64,000 nucleotides of DNA, from NCBI RefSeq assembly GCF_018350175.1, contig NC_058368.1, positions 13,952,001 to 14,016,000 on the forward strand. The letters are read 5' to 3'. This document shows, in pieces, positions 51,338 to 64,000 of this stretch; the stretch's first letter is position 1; each line of letters opens with the position of its first letter. The notes under the pieces were generated by a model that saw nothing but the letters and a program-made list of their open reading frames with translations, was not told where the DNA came from and did no database searches. Source of the DNA: Felis catus. Taxonomy: Eukaryota. A program made the position numbers and the translations under genes.

Positions 51338-51573
51338 TTTTTTATTTATTAAAAAAAAATTTTTTTTTCAACGTTTATTTATTTTTTTGGGACAGAGAGA
51401 GACAGAGCATGAACGGGGGAGGGGCAGAGAGAGAGGGAGACACAGAATCGGAAACAGGCTCCAGGCTCTGAGCCATCAGCCCAGAGCCTGACGCGGGGCT
51501 CGAACTCACGGACCGCGAGATCGTGACCTGGCTGAAGTCGGATGCTTAACTGACTGCGCCACACAGGCGCCCC
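51338..51573 (-). mobile_element. Young SINEC_Fc-type CanSINE
   Basis: Perfect 16-bp TSD tcaatcattattttta. Confidence 0.95.
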
Positions 51574-52232
51574 TCAATCATTATTTTTAGGCAGCAGGTA
51601 TTCTGAGTTCTTAAGCATGATAGGATTATAAAAAAAGATAAGAGTTAATAAGCTATTTCAGCATTATTTTTAAAGGATAGTAACCAGGAGCCAGAGTGAT
51701 ATCTTTAGTGTTTTTTAGGACTTTTCACTTAAATCACTGAGGATTATAAGAATGAATTATATTAGTAATTATTAGTACAAGAATTTCAGCTCAAAAAAGA
51801 ATTTACTGGTTATAAGTGCAGTTTGTGGCGAAGAACATTGGTGATTTCATATTCATACTTAATAATTGCTGTTTTTCTCAAAGCAACCAACTCTTTCATA
51901 CATGTAGCAAGTAAAGGAAAAGGGCACAAAGTCAAATAAAGATATTTAAATAGACAAAAACTGGAAAGTGGTAGGTTTTAGCAATAGTAGATAACAAAAG
52001 TTTAATGACCGAATTGAATCGATAAAGAAATGCAGAATCAAAGAAGAAATAGGATAGTATATTTGTAATCTTAAAAGTATGATCTTAATATAAAGGGTAT
52101 GCATATTCTCAAAAAAAGAATAATAAAATAAAAATTAAAATGCCAAAATATTAAATAAAGAGGAATGGATAATTTTATTCTAAATTCTGAATTTTCCCTG
52201 GATAAAGAAAAGTCATTTAAAAAGTAACTTTA

Positions 52233-52435
52233 GTGGTGCTTGAGTGGCTCAGTCGGTTAAGTGTCTGATTCTTGATTTCTGCTCAGGTCATGATCTCATG
52301 GTTGGTGGGATTGAGCCCCACAGTGGTCTCTGTGCTGACAGCCTGGAGCCTGCTTGGGATTCATTCTCTGTCTCTCTGTCTCTCTGCCCCTCCTTCCCCT
52401 ACCCCTCAAAATAAATAAATAAACATTAAAAAATA
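52233..52435 (+). mobile_element. CanSINE
   Basis: ggtgcttgagtggctcagtcggttaag...aaaataaataaataaacatt. Confidence 0.9.
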
Positions 52436-53035
52436 GAAGTAGCTTTGAAATGACTAGAGGAAAAACAATTCTATTTGGATGAATTTCCTCATACAACTTT
52501 AAAATTCAGAGAACATTTGTTAAGCCATTTCTATACATGGAGCACTATTATAGGCATTATGGAACAAGCAAAGCTCTCAATTACCTTTAAGTAACTTATA
52601 ACCAAGTAAGGGAGAAAGACCTACAAAAAAGCTAAAAAGTGAAGTTGATTGAATTTATAATCCTGATACAATCTGAAAACAGTAAGTCCAGTGGGATCAT
52701 GGAAAAGGATTCTGATTGTAGGAACTGAGAAATGGTTCATAGAGAACATAGCTTGAAAACTGATTCAGTCAGGCTCATGAAACTTTTAAGATTTTTTGAA
52801 ATTCATTAGGAATAAGTGAGTTTTATTTATTTTAGTAGGGAATAATCTGCTTCTCTCGATTACCTCTCATGAATCCATCCAACTGAAAATGCTGGTTTTG
52901 TTGTTGTTGTTGTTGTTCCTTTTTGGATCCATTGATACTCTTAAACTGATTTTTTTTTCCCGTGGAGATGAGGAGGAGAATTTGCAAAACAATCTTCTAA
53001 AACCTATCCAATTACACAGTTTCTTAATTAATTAA

Positions 53036-53427
53036 ATTTTTATTTGACTATAGGTGGCACAATGTTACATATGTTTTAGATGTACAACATAGTGAGTTGA
53101 CAAGTTTTTACATTATGCTACATTCAGTGCAAGTGTAACTACCATTCATCACGACACATCACTATTACAATATCATTGACTATGTTATTAATGCTGTGCC
53201 TTTTTTTCCTGTGACTTATTTATTCTATAACTGGAAACTTGTATCTTCCAGTCCCTCTAGTTATTTTGCCCATTCCTCCACCCTCCACCCTGTTCCCCTC
53301 TAGCAATCATCAGCTTCCATATCTTGGCTATTGTAAATAATGCTGCAATAAACATAGTGGTGCATCTATCATTCTGAATTAGTGTTTTTATTTTCTTTTT
53401 TTAAATGTTTATTTTTGAGAGAGAGAA

Positions 53428-53466
<39 letters not shown>

Positions 53467-54230
53467 ATGCGCAGGGGAGGGGCAAAGGATGCCAAGCGGG
53501 CTCTGTGTTGACAGCAGAGAGCCTGATGTGCGGCTTGAACTGATGCACTGTGCTATCATGACCTGAACTGAAGTCAGATGCTCAACCATCTGAGCCACCC
53601 AGGCATCCCAGTAATTTCACTGTCTTTGGGTAAATACCTAGTAGTGGAATTATTGGATTACAGTATTTCTATTTTTAGTATTTGAGGACCCTCCATACTG
53701 TTTTCCACAGTGGCTGAAAATAAACTCAAAATGGTGTAAAGACCTAAACATGAGACCTGAAAACCATAAAAATCCTTAAAGAGAACATAGGCAATAGTTT
53801 CTCTCACATTGGCCTTAGCAACATTTTTCTAGATATGTTTCCTAAGGCAAGGGAAACAAAAGTAAAAGTAAACTATTAGGACTATATCAAAATAGAAAGC
53901 TTTTGCACGTGAAGGAAACCACCAACAAAATGAAAAGGCAACCTAATGAATGAGTGAAGATATTGACAAATGATATATCTGATAAGAGGTTAATATCCAA
54001 AATATATAAAGAATTCACTCAATGCAACTCCCAAAAAACAATCGAATTAAAAAATGGAAAGAGGACCTGAATAGACATTTTCTCAAAGAAGACTATACAT
54101 ATAGCCAACAGACACATGAAAAGATGCTTAACATCACTAATCATCAGGGAAATGCAAATCAAAACCACAATGTGATACCTTTGTACACTTTTAGTCAGAA
54201 TGGCTAAAATAAAAAAGAAATAAGTGCTGG
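53036..54230 (-). mobile_element. 5'-truncated, 5'-inverted L1: 53036-53716 on the - strand, 53717-54230 on the + strand
   Basis: Antisense L1 3' sequence ending ...ttttccacagtggctg joins directly to sense ORF2 sequence aaaataaactcaaaatgg... ([15 protein letters not shown]); perfect TSD cttaattaattaa at 53023-53035 and 54231-54243. Confidence 0.9.
53395..53610 (-). mobile_element. CanSINE nested in the inverted L1
   Basis: (GA)n tract, head gagccacccaggcatccc. Confidence 0.9.
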
Positions 54231-56039
54231 CTTAATTAATTAATTTCAGAAAACATTCAACCTGATTTTATCCATTTTTGGAGTAACTGGTAGTGAATGT
54301 GTCCTACTGCTGTAAATAACTATAAAAATGGGCAAACTATGCAAACTATCTGTTTCTTTGACACTTGTCAATACACATAGCACAGTCCTGACATCCTTGC
54401 AGGTAGAAATATATTTAAGATGAGCTGGATATTCATCCTTGGTATCTGGCTGGGGCCAACATTTTTATTGAGGCACTAGGAGGTGGAGGTAAGCTGAGCT
54501 GAGGAGGTTGAGATCAGAATTAAGGGCAGCTCAAACAGCTAGAATATGTGGAACAGGGTGCAGAAAAGGACAAAGCTGTTGGGGTAGAGGCAGAAGTCTG
54601 TGAGGGTTCCCTGTTCATCTTTGCCCAGGGTCGAGTTGTACATTTATGGGGTGAAGCTCCACGAGCCCTAGCAGAAAGTAGGTGTTAACTAATAGCAGAA
54701 AAGGCGTAGTAGAGGTCACACAGTTGACTGAGTCTACGGAGTGTCAGCCCAGTTAGAGCTTTATCTCCACATCCTCAGCTGCTCAGTAACTGTCGTACAA
54801 GCGAATGACAGTAGTGGTATAGAAATTTTGGAGTTTTATTCTACTAGATTATAATTACTCACACAGATGTCCAATCAAATCATGTCTGCAAAGTGTATCT
54901 TTTATGATTATATAATATTGATTGCTTTTGCAGTTTAACTTTTAAAATTACCAGCCTATCAAGATCTATTCTTCCGTGCAACTGCATGCATGTTGAAAAC
55001 TTTTTACTCATATTAGAAAAATGAGTTACAGGAAATTGCTTAATATTGGGAAATGATTGATTAATTTCATATAAGTAGTTTCTTGGTATCATTGTGTTAA
55101 AAATTTCTCCTGGATAGTGGTTGGTACCAGTGTTTCTCTAATTTAATATTTGAAATACGGTGGTTATTATAGTGCTGATACTTGGCATTTCTGCTAATTT
55201 TATATATGCCATTATCATAATTTTTAAAGATTTGATTGGATGAATAATTATCCACTGTGTGAAACAACTGACTGCACTTCATGCAGTGAAATTTTCTGTG
55301 CTGATCTACTTGTTGGCATGTTTGTGACTATAATCTTTTCTTTATAATCTTACTTGTTAAGGGTTGGTAATAATGATTTCAGGGCATGCCATTGAGTAAA
55401 TTTCATCAGTGTACTACGCATTTATTGTATTCAAGGAATTGTTCTAAGCTTTAGAGGATTAAAAATGATCAAACTTATACTCTCTTTATGAGAATAATTA
55501 TATTCCTAAATGTTTATAATTAAAAGTTGATATGTGTACCAGAAAGGAAATATAATGTAAATGCTGTTAAAGTTTTGTGAAAGGATAAGTAATTTCAGCT
55601 ACAAAGACTTTAGGAATTCTTCATAGGAAAAAGGTTTTTAGGGTTCTTGAAAAATACATAAATTTCAGACAGTGAGCAGGACATGATGATAGAATGTGAG
55701 AAAGAGGGCACGATTAAAGGGAAAGAATCAAGGGAGTATAGGGTGTGTTTATGGATTAATCCATAAACAGACATGGCTTCATGGTAGAATACAGAGTAGG
55801 CTGAGTGGTTTATGGTGGGATGTGAGGATGATTATGATTGGTTGAAACCAAATTATTGAAGACTTTGAATATCAAAATAATGAATTTTGTTTTTCCAGTC
55901 ATTTGGAATTATAAAAAAAACTGTGGTAAGAAAATGGATTGATTCTATATATATATTTTCCTAGAGAAGTTTGGAAATGTAGATATTAGAGTTTGAAGTA
56001 ATTTTACTTCATATTATTATTAATATGCATTATTCATAT

Positions 56040-56281
56040 TATTTTTAATTTTTATTTTTGAAAACTTTTAAAAATGTTTTATTTATTTTTGAAAGAGAGA
56101 AAGAGAGATAGAGTGTGACCAGGGGAGGGCATAGGCACACACAGAATCCGAATCAGGTTCCAGGCTCTGAGCTGTCAGCACAGTACCTGATTGGGGGGGG
56201 GGGGGGTCAAACCCATGAACTGTGAGATGATGACCTGAGCTGAAGTTGGACGCTCAACTGACTGAGCCACCCAGGCGCCCC
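56040..56281 (-). mobile_element. CanSINE with a G14 run at 56193-56206
   Basis: Head gagccacccaggcgcccc; flanks attattcat. Confidence 0.92.
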
Positions 56282-56765
56282 TAGATTATTCATTTTGAAG
56301 GGAAACTTCTCCAGTGTATAGGTGGCAACATTCTCTTAAGTTACACAGTAGGAAACATAATTCATGGAATGTTGTGTCATGACCTATTAATATCAGTAAT
56401 ACTAGTCACATAGCGATACTGGAGAGAGCAGTAGGTATTGCCATATATATGTTATTCTTATATAATTCGATGGAAATGGCTATATTCTTAACATTGGTGA
56501 AGTTTTCAGATGTTACTAGAAAATAGCAAGTCTCTGCTCTTGTAGCTATTAGATAAACTTAATTTGGTTGAGTTTAGCAGTGTTCTGGAACATTTTCCCA
56601 TGTTTATGTTAAGTAATTCCAGTTTGGGTGATTAGGTTCTATTCAATGAGGTTTTGCCTCATTAGCAACTATGTTACAGATATCTGGATGTTCACTACCA
56701 TATGTCATTACATAAAATTTATGGTATATATTTTGTGAGTGACATTTATGGAAAAATATCTTACA

Positions 56766-56980
56766 GGGGCGCCTGGGTGGCGCAGTCGGTTAAGCATCCG
56801 ACTTCAGCCAGGTCACGATCTCGTGGTCCGGGAGTTCGAGCCCCGCGTCGGGCTCTGGGCTGATGGCTCAGAGCCTGGAGCCTGTTTCCGATTCTGTGTC
56901 TCCCTCTCTCTCTGCCCCTCCCCCGTTCATGCTCTGTCTCATTCTGTCCCAAAAATAAATAAATGTTGAAAAAAAAAATA
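56766..56980 (+). mobile_element. Young SINEC_Fc-type CanSINE
   Basis: Perfect TSD gaaaaatatcttaca (56751-56765 / 56981-56995). Confidence 0.95.
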
Positions 56981-57284
56981 GAAAAATATCTTACAGAAAA
57001 ATACTTGTAATAATACTAAGTAGGAAAGGATGCGGTAAAAATAGCAGCTGCCATTTTGTGTTGCTTTTAAAGATCCAGGTATTGTTCAAAGTTCTCTATT
57101 TACTATTTTGTCTGTAAGGTGTGTAATAAGAGATGAGAGGTAGATAACTTGGGGATGTATACACACCTAGTGTGTGATAGGGTTGGGATTCAGACTTAAT
57201 TCGAACTAATTTTGAGCCCAATGTTTTTAGCTATTTATTTATTGCACTGTACAAAACTGAGAAGACAGTATCTTACTTTTTTAA

Positions 57285-58505
57285 TTTCAAAGCTTTTTCC
57301 CAAGTTTTATTGAGATATAATTGACATATAACATTCCATTCGTTTAAAGCATACAATATAATGATCTGATACATGTGTATATTGTGAAATGACTGCCATC
57401 GTAAGGTTAGCTGACCCATCCATCACCTCACATGGGTATAATTTTTTGTGTGTACTGAGGACTTTTAAATCTGCTCTGTTAGCAACTTCCAAATATACAA
57501 TACAGTATTGTTAGCTGTGACCAACATTCTTTATATTGTTCTTCAGAATTTATTCATCTTGTAAGTAGAAGTTTATACTCTTTGACCTTCTTCGCCCATT
57601 TTATTTATCTCTTCTCTCCACCTGTGGCCATTCTTTGTACCTGTGAATTCTTTCTGTTTGTTTGTTGGCTTGCTTGCTTTAGATTCCACATATAAGTAAG
57701 GTTGTATAGTTGCTTTTCTCTGATTCATTTCACTTAGCATAATGTCCTCAAGGTCCATTCATGTCATTGCAAATGGCAAAATTTCATTCGTTTTTACGGC
57801 TGAATAACATCCCCTTGTATACGTACATGTACAACATTTTCCTTATGCAGTTACTCATCTTTGGACACTGAAGTTGCTTCCATGTCTTGGCTATCGTAAA
57901 CAATGCAGTGAACATGGGAGTACAGATATCTTTACGAGTTAGTGTTTTCATTTTTTTTTTGGATGAATATCTAGAAGTAGAACTGCTAGATCATATAGTA
58001 ATTCTAGTTTTAAGTTTTTGAGAACACATCATACTCTTTTCTATAGTTGCTGCACCAGTTTATTTTCCCACCAGCAGTGCAAAAGGATTTTCTTTACTCC
58101 ACCTCCTTGGCAACACTTGTTATGTCTTGTTTTTTCAGTAATAGCCATTCCAACAGGTGTGAAGTGACAGCTTATTGTGGTTTTGATTTGCATTTCACTA
58201 ATTAGTGAAATGTGTCTGTTACCATCCTTATGTCTTTTTTGGAAAAATGTCTATTCAAGTCCTCTGCCCATTTTTAAATTAGACTGTTTTCTTGGTGTTG
58301 AGCTGCATGAGTTCTATATATGTATTTTATATTAGCCCCTTATCAGGAAATTGATTTGCAAGTATTTTCTCCTCTTTGGTAGCTTGCCTTTTCATTTTGT
58401 TGGTGGTTGCCTTCACTGTGCGGAAGTTTTTAGTTTGATATAGTCCCACTGGTTTATTTTTGCTTTTGTTGCCTTTGTTTGTGTCAAATCTCCCCAAACC
58501 CTTAA
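57285..58505 (-). mobile_element. L1 3' end (L1MA/L1_Carn-like)
   Basis: ttttattgagatataattgacatataac; ORF remnants MDLEDIMLSEMNQ and TTNKMKRQATKEEKILANQFPDKGLI. Confidence 0.85.
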
Positions 58506-58573
58506 TACAATGTAGCTCCACTAGCTGGAACTTACGTTGCTCTTCCTCCAGTTCCTGTCTACACATTGCTTTT

Positions 58574-58790
58574 CTTTAAAAAAAAATTTTTTTTTAATAT
58601 TTATTTCTGAGACAGAGACAGAGCATGAGTGGGGGAGGGGCAGAGACAGAGGGAGACACAGAATCCCAAGCAGGCTCCAGGCTCAGAGCTGTCAGCATAG
58701 AGCCCGACGCGGGGGTCAGACTCTCAAACCATGAGATCATGACCTGAGCCAAAGTCGGTGCTTCAACCAACTGAGCCACCCAGGTGTCCC
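58574..58790 (-). mobile_element. CanSINE
   Basis: TSD acacattgctttt / acacattggtttt. Confidence 0.93.
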
Positions 58791-59291
58791 ACACATTGGT
58801 TTTCTTGGTATAACATCATCAACATAAGGAGGTAGCACTACTCTACCTGGTTAAACTCCAACTTGCTTTTGGGTCATCCAACTCCTTGACTCCCCTCTTC
58901 CTTATTTAGTCTGCTTCCCCAATGTCTCGATGTCATAGATACTCTTTCCTCAAATTCCTCAGCTAAATAGCTAATAGTCCTCCTTTACTGAAATAGTTAT
59001 TTCAATAAACAAACTCATGTCTTATTCCTCCAAAATAATTAAATCTGCTTCAGATCAGTTCTTTGCAATGTAAGTAAAAATTCTAACATATTTGTGAAAA
59101 ATTTTTTGAAAATGATTATGTTAGAAGCATAAATATTAAACCTTTTGAGCATTTGTAATCTTATTGAAATACATATTAAAATGTTGATATTATAATACCA
59201 AGGCAACCAGTGAAGAAGGCAAATTAAAATGGTTTTATGTTGCCAATATTACTACCTTATATAGTTAACTCATAATTGCATTCAGATAATC

Positions 59292-59292
59292 T

Positions 59293-59339
<47 letters not shown>

Positions 59340-62300
59340 TAAAATAAAATTTATTGTCAAGTTAGCTAACATACAATGTATACAGTGTGCTCTTGGCTTT
59401 GGGAGTAGATACCCATGACATTGCTTACGTACAACACCCAGTGCTCATCCCAACAAGTGCCCTCCTCAGATACCCATCACCCATTTTCCCCTCTTCCCCT
59501 CTCCACCCCCCCCCCCCCCCCCGTTGTCAACCCTCAGTTTGTTCTCTGTATGTAAGAGTCTCTTATGGTTTACCTCCCTCTCTGTTTGACACTATTTTCC
59601 CCTTTCTCTTCCCCCATGGTCTTCTGTTAAGTTTCTCAGATTCCACATATGAGTGAAAATATGTGATATCTATCTTTCTCTGACTGACTTTTTTCACTTA
59701 GCATAATATCCTCCAGTTCCACCCATGTTGTTGCAAATGGCATGATTTCCTGCTTTGTCATTGCCAAATAGTATTCCATTGTATATATAAGCCACATCTT
59801 CTTTATCCATTCATCAGCTGATGGACATTTGGGCTCTTTCCATAATTTAGCTGTTGTTGAAAGCACTGCTATAAACATTGGGGTACATATTCCCCTGTGA
59901 ATCAACACTCCTGTATCCTTTGGATAAATTCCTAGTAGTGCTGTTGCTAGGTCATAGAGTAATTCTATTTTTAAGTTTTTGAGGGACCTCCACACTGTTT
60001 CCAGAACAGCTGCACCAGTTTGCATTCCCACCAACAGTGCAAGAGGGTTCCCGTTTCTTCACATCCTTGCCAGCATCTGTTTCCTGAGTTGTTAATTTTA
60101 GCCACTCTGACAGGTGTGAGGTGGTATCTCAGTGTTGTTTTGATTTGTATTTCCTTGATGATGAGTGACATTGAGCATCTTTTCATGTGTCTGTTGGCCA
60201 TCTGAATGTCTTCGTTGGAAAAGTATCTATTCATGTCTTCTGCCCATTTCTTCACTGGATTATTTGTTTTTAGGATGTTTGATAAGTTCTTTATAGATTT
60301 TGGATACTAACCTTTATCTGATATGCCATTTGCAAATATCTTTTCCCATTCCATCAGTTGCCTTTTAGTTTTGTTGATTGTTTCCTTTGTAGTACAGAAG
60401 GTTTTTATCTTGTTGAAGTCCCGGTAGTTCATTTTTGCTTTTATTTCCATTGCCTTCGGAGAGGTGTCAAGTAAGAAGTTGTTGAGGCTGAAGTCAAAGA
60501 GGTTGTTGCCTGCTTTCTCCTCTAGGGTTTTGATGGCTTCCTGTTTCATATTTAGGTCTTTCATCCATTTTGAGTTTTTTTGTGTGTGTATGGTGTAAGA
60601 AAGTGGTCCAGGTTCATTGTTCTGCATGTTGCTGTCTAGTTCTCCCAGTACCATTTGCTAAAGAGACTGTCTTTTTTCCATTGGATACTCTTTATTGTTT
60701 TGTCAAAGATTAGTTCACTGTTCATGTGTGAGTCCAGTTGTAGGTTCTCTATTCTATTCCATTGGTCTATGTGTCTGTTTTTGTGCCAATACCATACTGT
60801 CTTGATGATTACAGCTTTTGTGGTAGAGGGTAAAGTCTAGGATTGTGATGCCTCCTGCTTTGGTTTTCTTTTTCAACATTACTTTGGTTATTCGGGGTCT
60901 TTTGTGGTTCCATACAAACTTTAGGATTGTTTGTTCTAGCTTTGAGAAGAATGCTAGAATTGTTTGATTGGGATTTCACTGAAGGTGTACATTGCTTTGG
61001 GTAGTATTGACATGTTAACAACATTTTTTCTTCCAATCCATGAGCATGGAATGGTTTTCCATTTCTTTGTGTCTTCTTCAATTTCCTTCATAAGTTTTCT
61101 ATAGTTTTCAGCATCCAGATCTTTTACATCTTTGGGTAAGTTTATTCCTAGGTATTTTATGGTTCTTGGTGCAATTGTAAATGGGATCAATTTCTTAATT
61201 TTTCTTTCCATTGCTTTATTATTGATGTATAGAAAAGCAACCAGTTTCTGTACATTGATTTTGTATTCTGCAACTTTGCTGAATTCATGTATCATTTCTA
61301 ACTGCCTTTTTGGTGGAATCTTTCGGGCTTTCCATGCAGAGTGTGATGTTTCCATGTAGACTGTGTCAAAGAAGTTTGATTACTTCTTTGCCAATTTGGA
61401 TGCCTTTGATTTCATTTTGTTGTCTGTTGAAGCTAGGACTTACAATAGTGTGTTAAACAACAGTGGTGAGAGTGGACATCCCTGTCATGTTCCTCATCTC
61501 AGAGGGAAAGCTCTTAGTTTTTCCCCATTGAGGATGATGTTGGCTGTGGGCTTTTCATACATGGCTTTTATGATGTTAAGGTATGTTCCTTCTATCCCAA
61601 CTTTCTTGAGGGTTTTTACTAGGAAAGGATGCTGTATTTTGTCAAATACTTTTTCTGCATCTGTTGACACTATCATATAGTTCTTATCTTTTATTAATGT
61701 GATATGTCATATTGATTGATTAGTGAATATTGAACCAGCCCTGCAGCCCAGGAATGAATCCCACTTGATCATAGTGAATATTCTTTTAATGTACTGTTGA
61801 ATTCGATTTGCTAGTATCTTATTGAGAATTTTTGCGTCCGTGTTCATCAGGGATATGGCCTGTAACTCTCCGTTTAGTGGGGTCTCTGTCTGTTGGGAAT
61901 CAAGGTAATGCTGGCTTCATAGAATGAGTCCAGAAGCTTTCCTTCCACCTCTATATTTTGGAACAGCTTGAGAAGGATAGGTATTAACTCTGCTTTAAAT
62001 GTCTGGTAGAATTTCCCTGGGAAGCCATCTGGCCCAGGACTTATTTATTGGGAGATTTTTGATAACTGATTCATTACCTTTGCTGGTTATGGGTCTGTTC
62101 AAACTTTCTATTTCTTTCTGTTTGAGTTTGGTAGTGTTTGGGTGTCTAGGAATTTGTCCATTTCTTCCAGGTTGTCCAGTTTGTTGGCATATAATTTTTC
62201 ATAGTATTCTTTAATAATTGTTTGTATTTCTGTGGTGTTGTGATCTTTCATTCGTGATTTTATCTATTTGGGTTCTCTGTTTTCTTTTTGAGAAGTTTGG

Positions 62301-64000
62301 CTAGGGGTTTATCAATTTTGTTTATTTTCTCAAAAAACTAGCTCTTAGATTCATCGATATGTTTTACCATTTTTTTGGACTCTATATTGTTTATTTCTGC
62401 TCTGATCTTTACTACTTCTCTTTTTCTGCTGGCTTTGGGGTTTCTTTGCTCTTCTGCTTCTAGTTCCTTTAGTTGTATGTTTAGGTTTTGTATTTAGGAT
62501 TTTTCTTTTTTCTTGAGATACACTTGGATTGCAGTGTATTTTCCTCTTATGACTGCCTTTGCTGCATCCCAAAGGCTTTGGACTCTTGTGTTTTCATTTA
62601 CATTTGCTTCCATGTATTTTTAAATTTCTTCCTTAATTGCCTGCTTGACCCATTCATTCTTTAGTAGAATGTTCTTTACCTCCATGCATTTGGAGACTTT
62701 ACAAATTTTTTCTTATGGTTGATTTCAACTTTCGTAGCATTGTGGTCTGAAAATATGCATGGTATGATCTCAGTTCTTTTAGTTTATTGAGGCTGTTTCA
62801 TGACCCAGTATGTGATCTATCTTGGAGAATGTTCCATGTGCACTCGAGGAGAATGTGTATTCTGCTGCTTTTGGATATGTTCTGAATATATCTGCCAAGT
62901 CCATCTGGTTCAGTGTATAATTCAAAGCCATGATTTCTTTATTAATTTTCTGCCTAGATGATCTGTTCATTATTGTTAGTGTATATTAAAGCCCCCTGCA
63001 ATTACTGTATTCTTATCAATAAGATTGCTTATGTTTGTGATTAACTGATTTATATATTTGGGTGCCTTCATGTTGGGGGCGTAAACATTTATAATTGTTA
63101 GCTCTTCTTGATAGATAGACCCCATAATTATGATATAATGCCCTTCTTCATCTCTTGTTACAGTCTTTAGTTTAAAATTTAGTTTGTCTGATATAAGTAT
63201 GGCTACTCCAGCTTTCTTTTGACTTCTAGTAGTGTGATAGATGGTTCTCTATCCCCTCTCTTCAAGTCTAAAATGAGTCTCTTGTAGACAGCATATAGAT
63301 GGATCTAATTTGTTTACCTATTCTGATACCCTATGTCTTTTGATTGGGGCATTTAGTCCATTTACATTTAGAGTTATTATTAAAAGATATGGATTTAGTG
63401 TCATTGTTACCTGTAGGTTTCATGCTTGTGGTAATGTCTCTGGTCCTTTGTAGTCTTTGCGACGTTCAGGAGTCATGAACTCCTTCAGTTTTTGTTTGTC
63501 TTGGAAAGACCTTATCTCTCCTTCTATTCTGAATGACAGCCTTGCTGGATAAAGGATTCTTGGCTGCGTATTTTTTCTATTCAGCACTTTGAATATTTCC
63601 TGCCACTGCCTTCTGGCCTGCCAAGTTTCACTAGACAGGTTTGCTACTACCTTTATGTGTCTGCTCTTGTAGATTAAAGCCTATTTGTCCCTACTTGCTT
63701 TCGGAATTCTCTATCTTTGTATTTTGCCGGTTTCACTATGATAATGCCATGGCAAAGACCTATTCTTGTTGAATCTGAAGGGAGTTCTCTGTGCCTTCTG
63801 GATTTGGATGTCTGCTTCCTTACCCAGATTAGGAAAATTGTTAGCTATAACTTGTTCATGTAAACCTTCTGCCCCTTTCTCTCTCTCTTCTTGTGGAACT
63901 CCTATGATATGGATATTATTAAATTTCATTGAATCACTTAGTTCTCTAATTCTCCCCTTATTGTCTAGTATTTTCTTATCTCTCTTTTTCTCGGCTTCGT
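59292..64000 (-). mobile_element. Long carnivore LINE-1, decayed: (TAAA)n tail, 3'UTR, nearly complete ORF2 (63404 down to 59636) and the 3' part of ORF1; runs past the window end
   Basis: ORF2 start MTLNPYLLIITLNVNGLNAPIKRHRVSE at 63404; endonuclease motif SAHGTFSKIDHILGH; RT region [14 protein letters not shown]-terminus KDRYHIFSLICGI*; ORF1 NNIHIIGVPQEEREKG; many stops and frameshifts. Confidence 0.96.

Noticed and set aside
2293..58794. Recurrent ORFs of the type MAQLVKRPTSAQVMIS... as a repeated peptide family or array
   Set aside because: Translations of dispersed CanSINE copies; not genes, and no CRISPR-like repeat-spacer structure
1..64000. Nested MAB21L1 gene or NBEA promoter CpG island
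   Set aside because: No long single-exon ORF or CpG island is visible; MAB21L1 lies in a far downstream NBEA intron and exon 1 is upstream of the window

Overview
AT-rich mammalian genomic DNA; the many tRNA-derived CanSINEs of the SINEC_Fc type point to a felid (cat-family) genome. The window lies inside the neurobeachin gene (NBEA, + strand). Seven GT-AG coding exons (equivalent to human exons 2-8) splice into a 945-nt, 315-codon open frame from [12 protein letters not shown] to HQLGPGYK. Exon 1 lies upstream and I could not find the next exon (STFKFKSESDIHL...) before the window ends. The introns are mostly transposable elements: about 28 CanSINEs, old L1/L2/MIR/MER/MLT1 remnants, and a long decayed carnivore L1 on the - strand running off the 3' end. 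The most notable items are a full-length, decayed, sense-strand YBX1 processed pseudogene with a target-site duplication (TSD), a 5'-inverted (twin-primed) L1 with a perfect 13-bp TSD, a SINE carrying a third copy of its own target site, a head-to-head SINE pair in which one partner has lost its body, and inverted SINEs placed so they could favour frame-preserving back-splicing of NBEA exons. I see no firm evidence for a wholly new biological system. Gene and repeat-family names come from recalled reference sequences, not from a database search.
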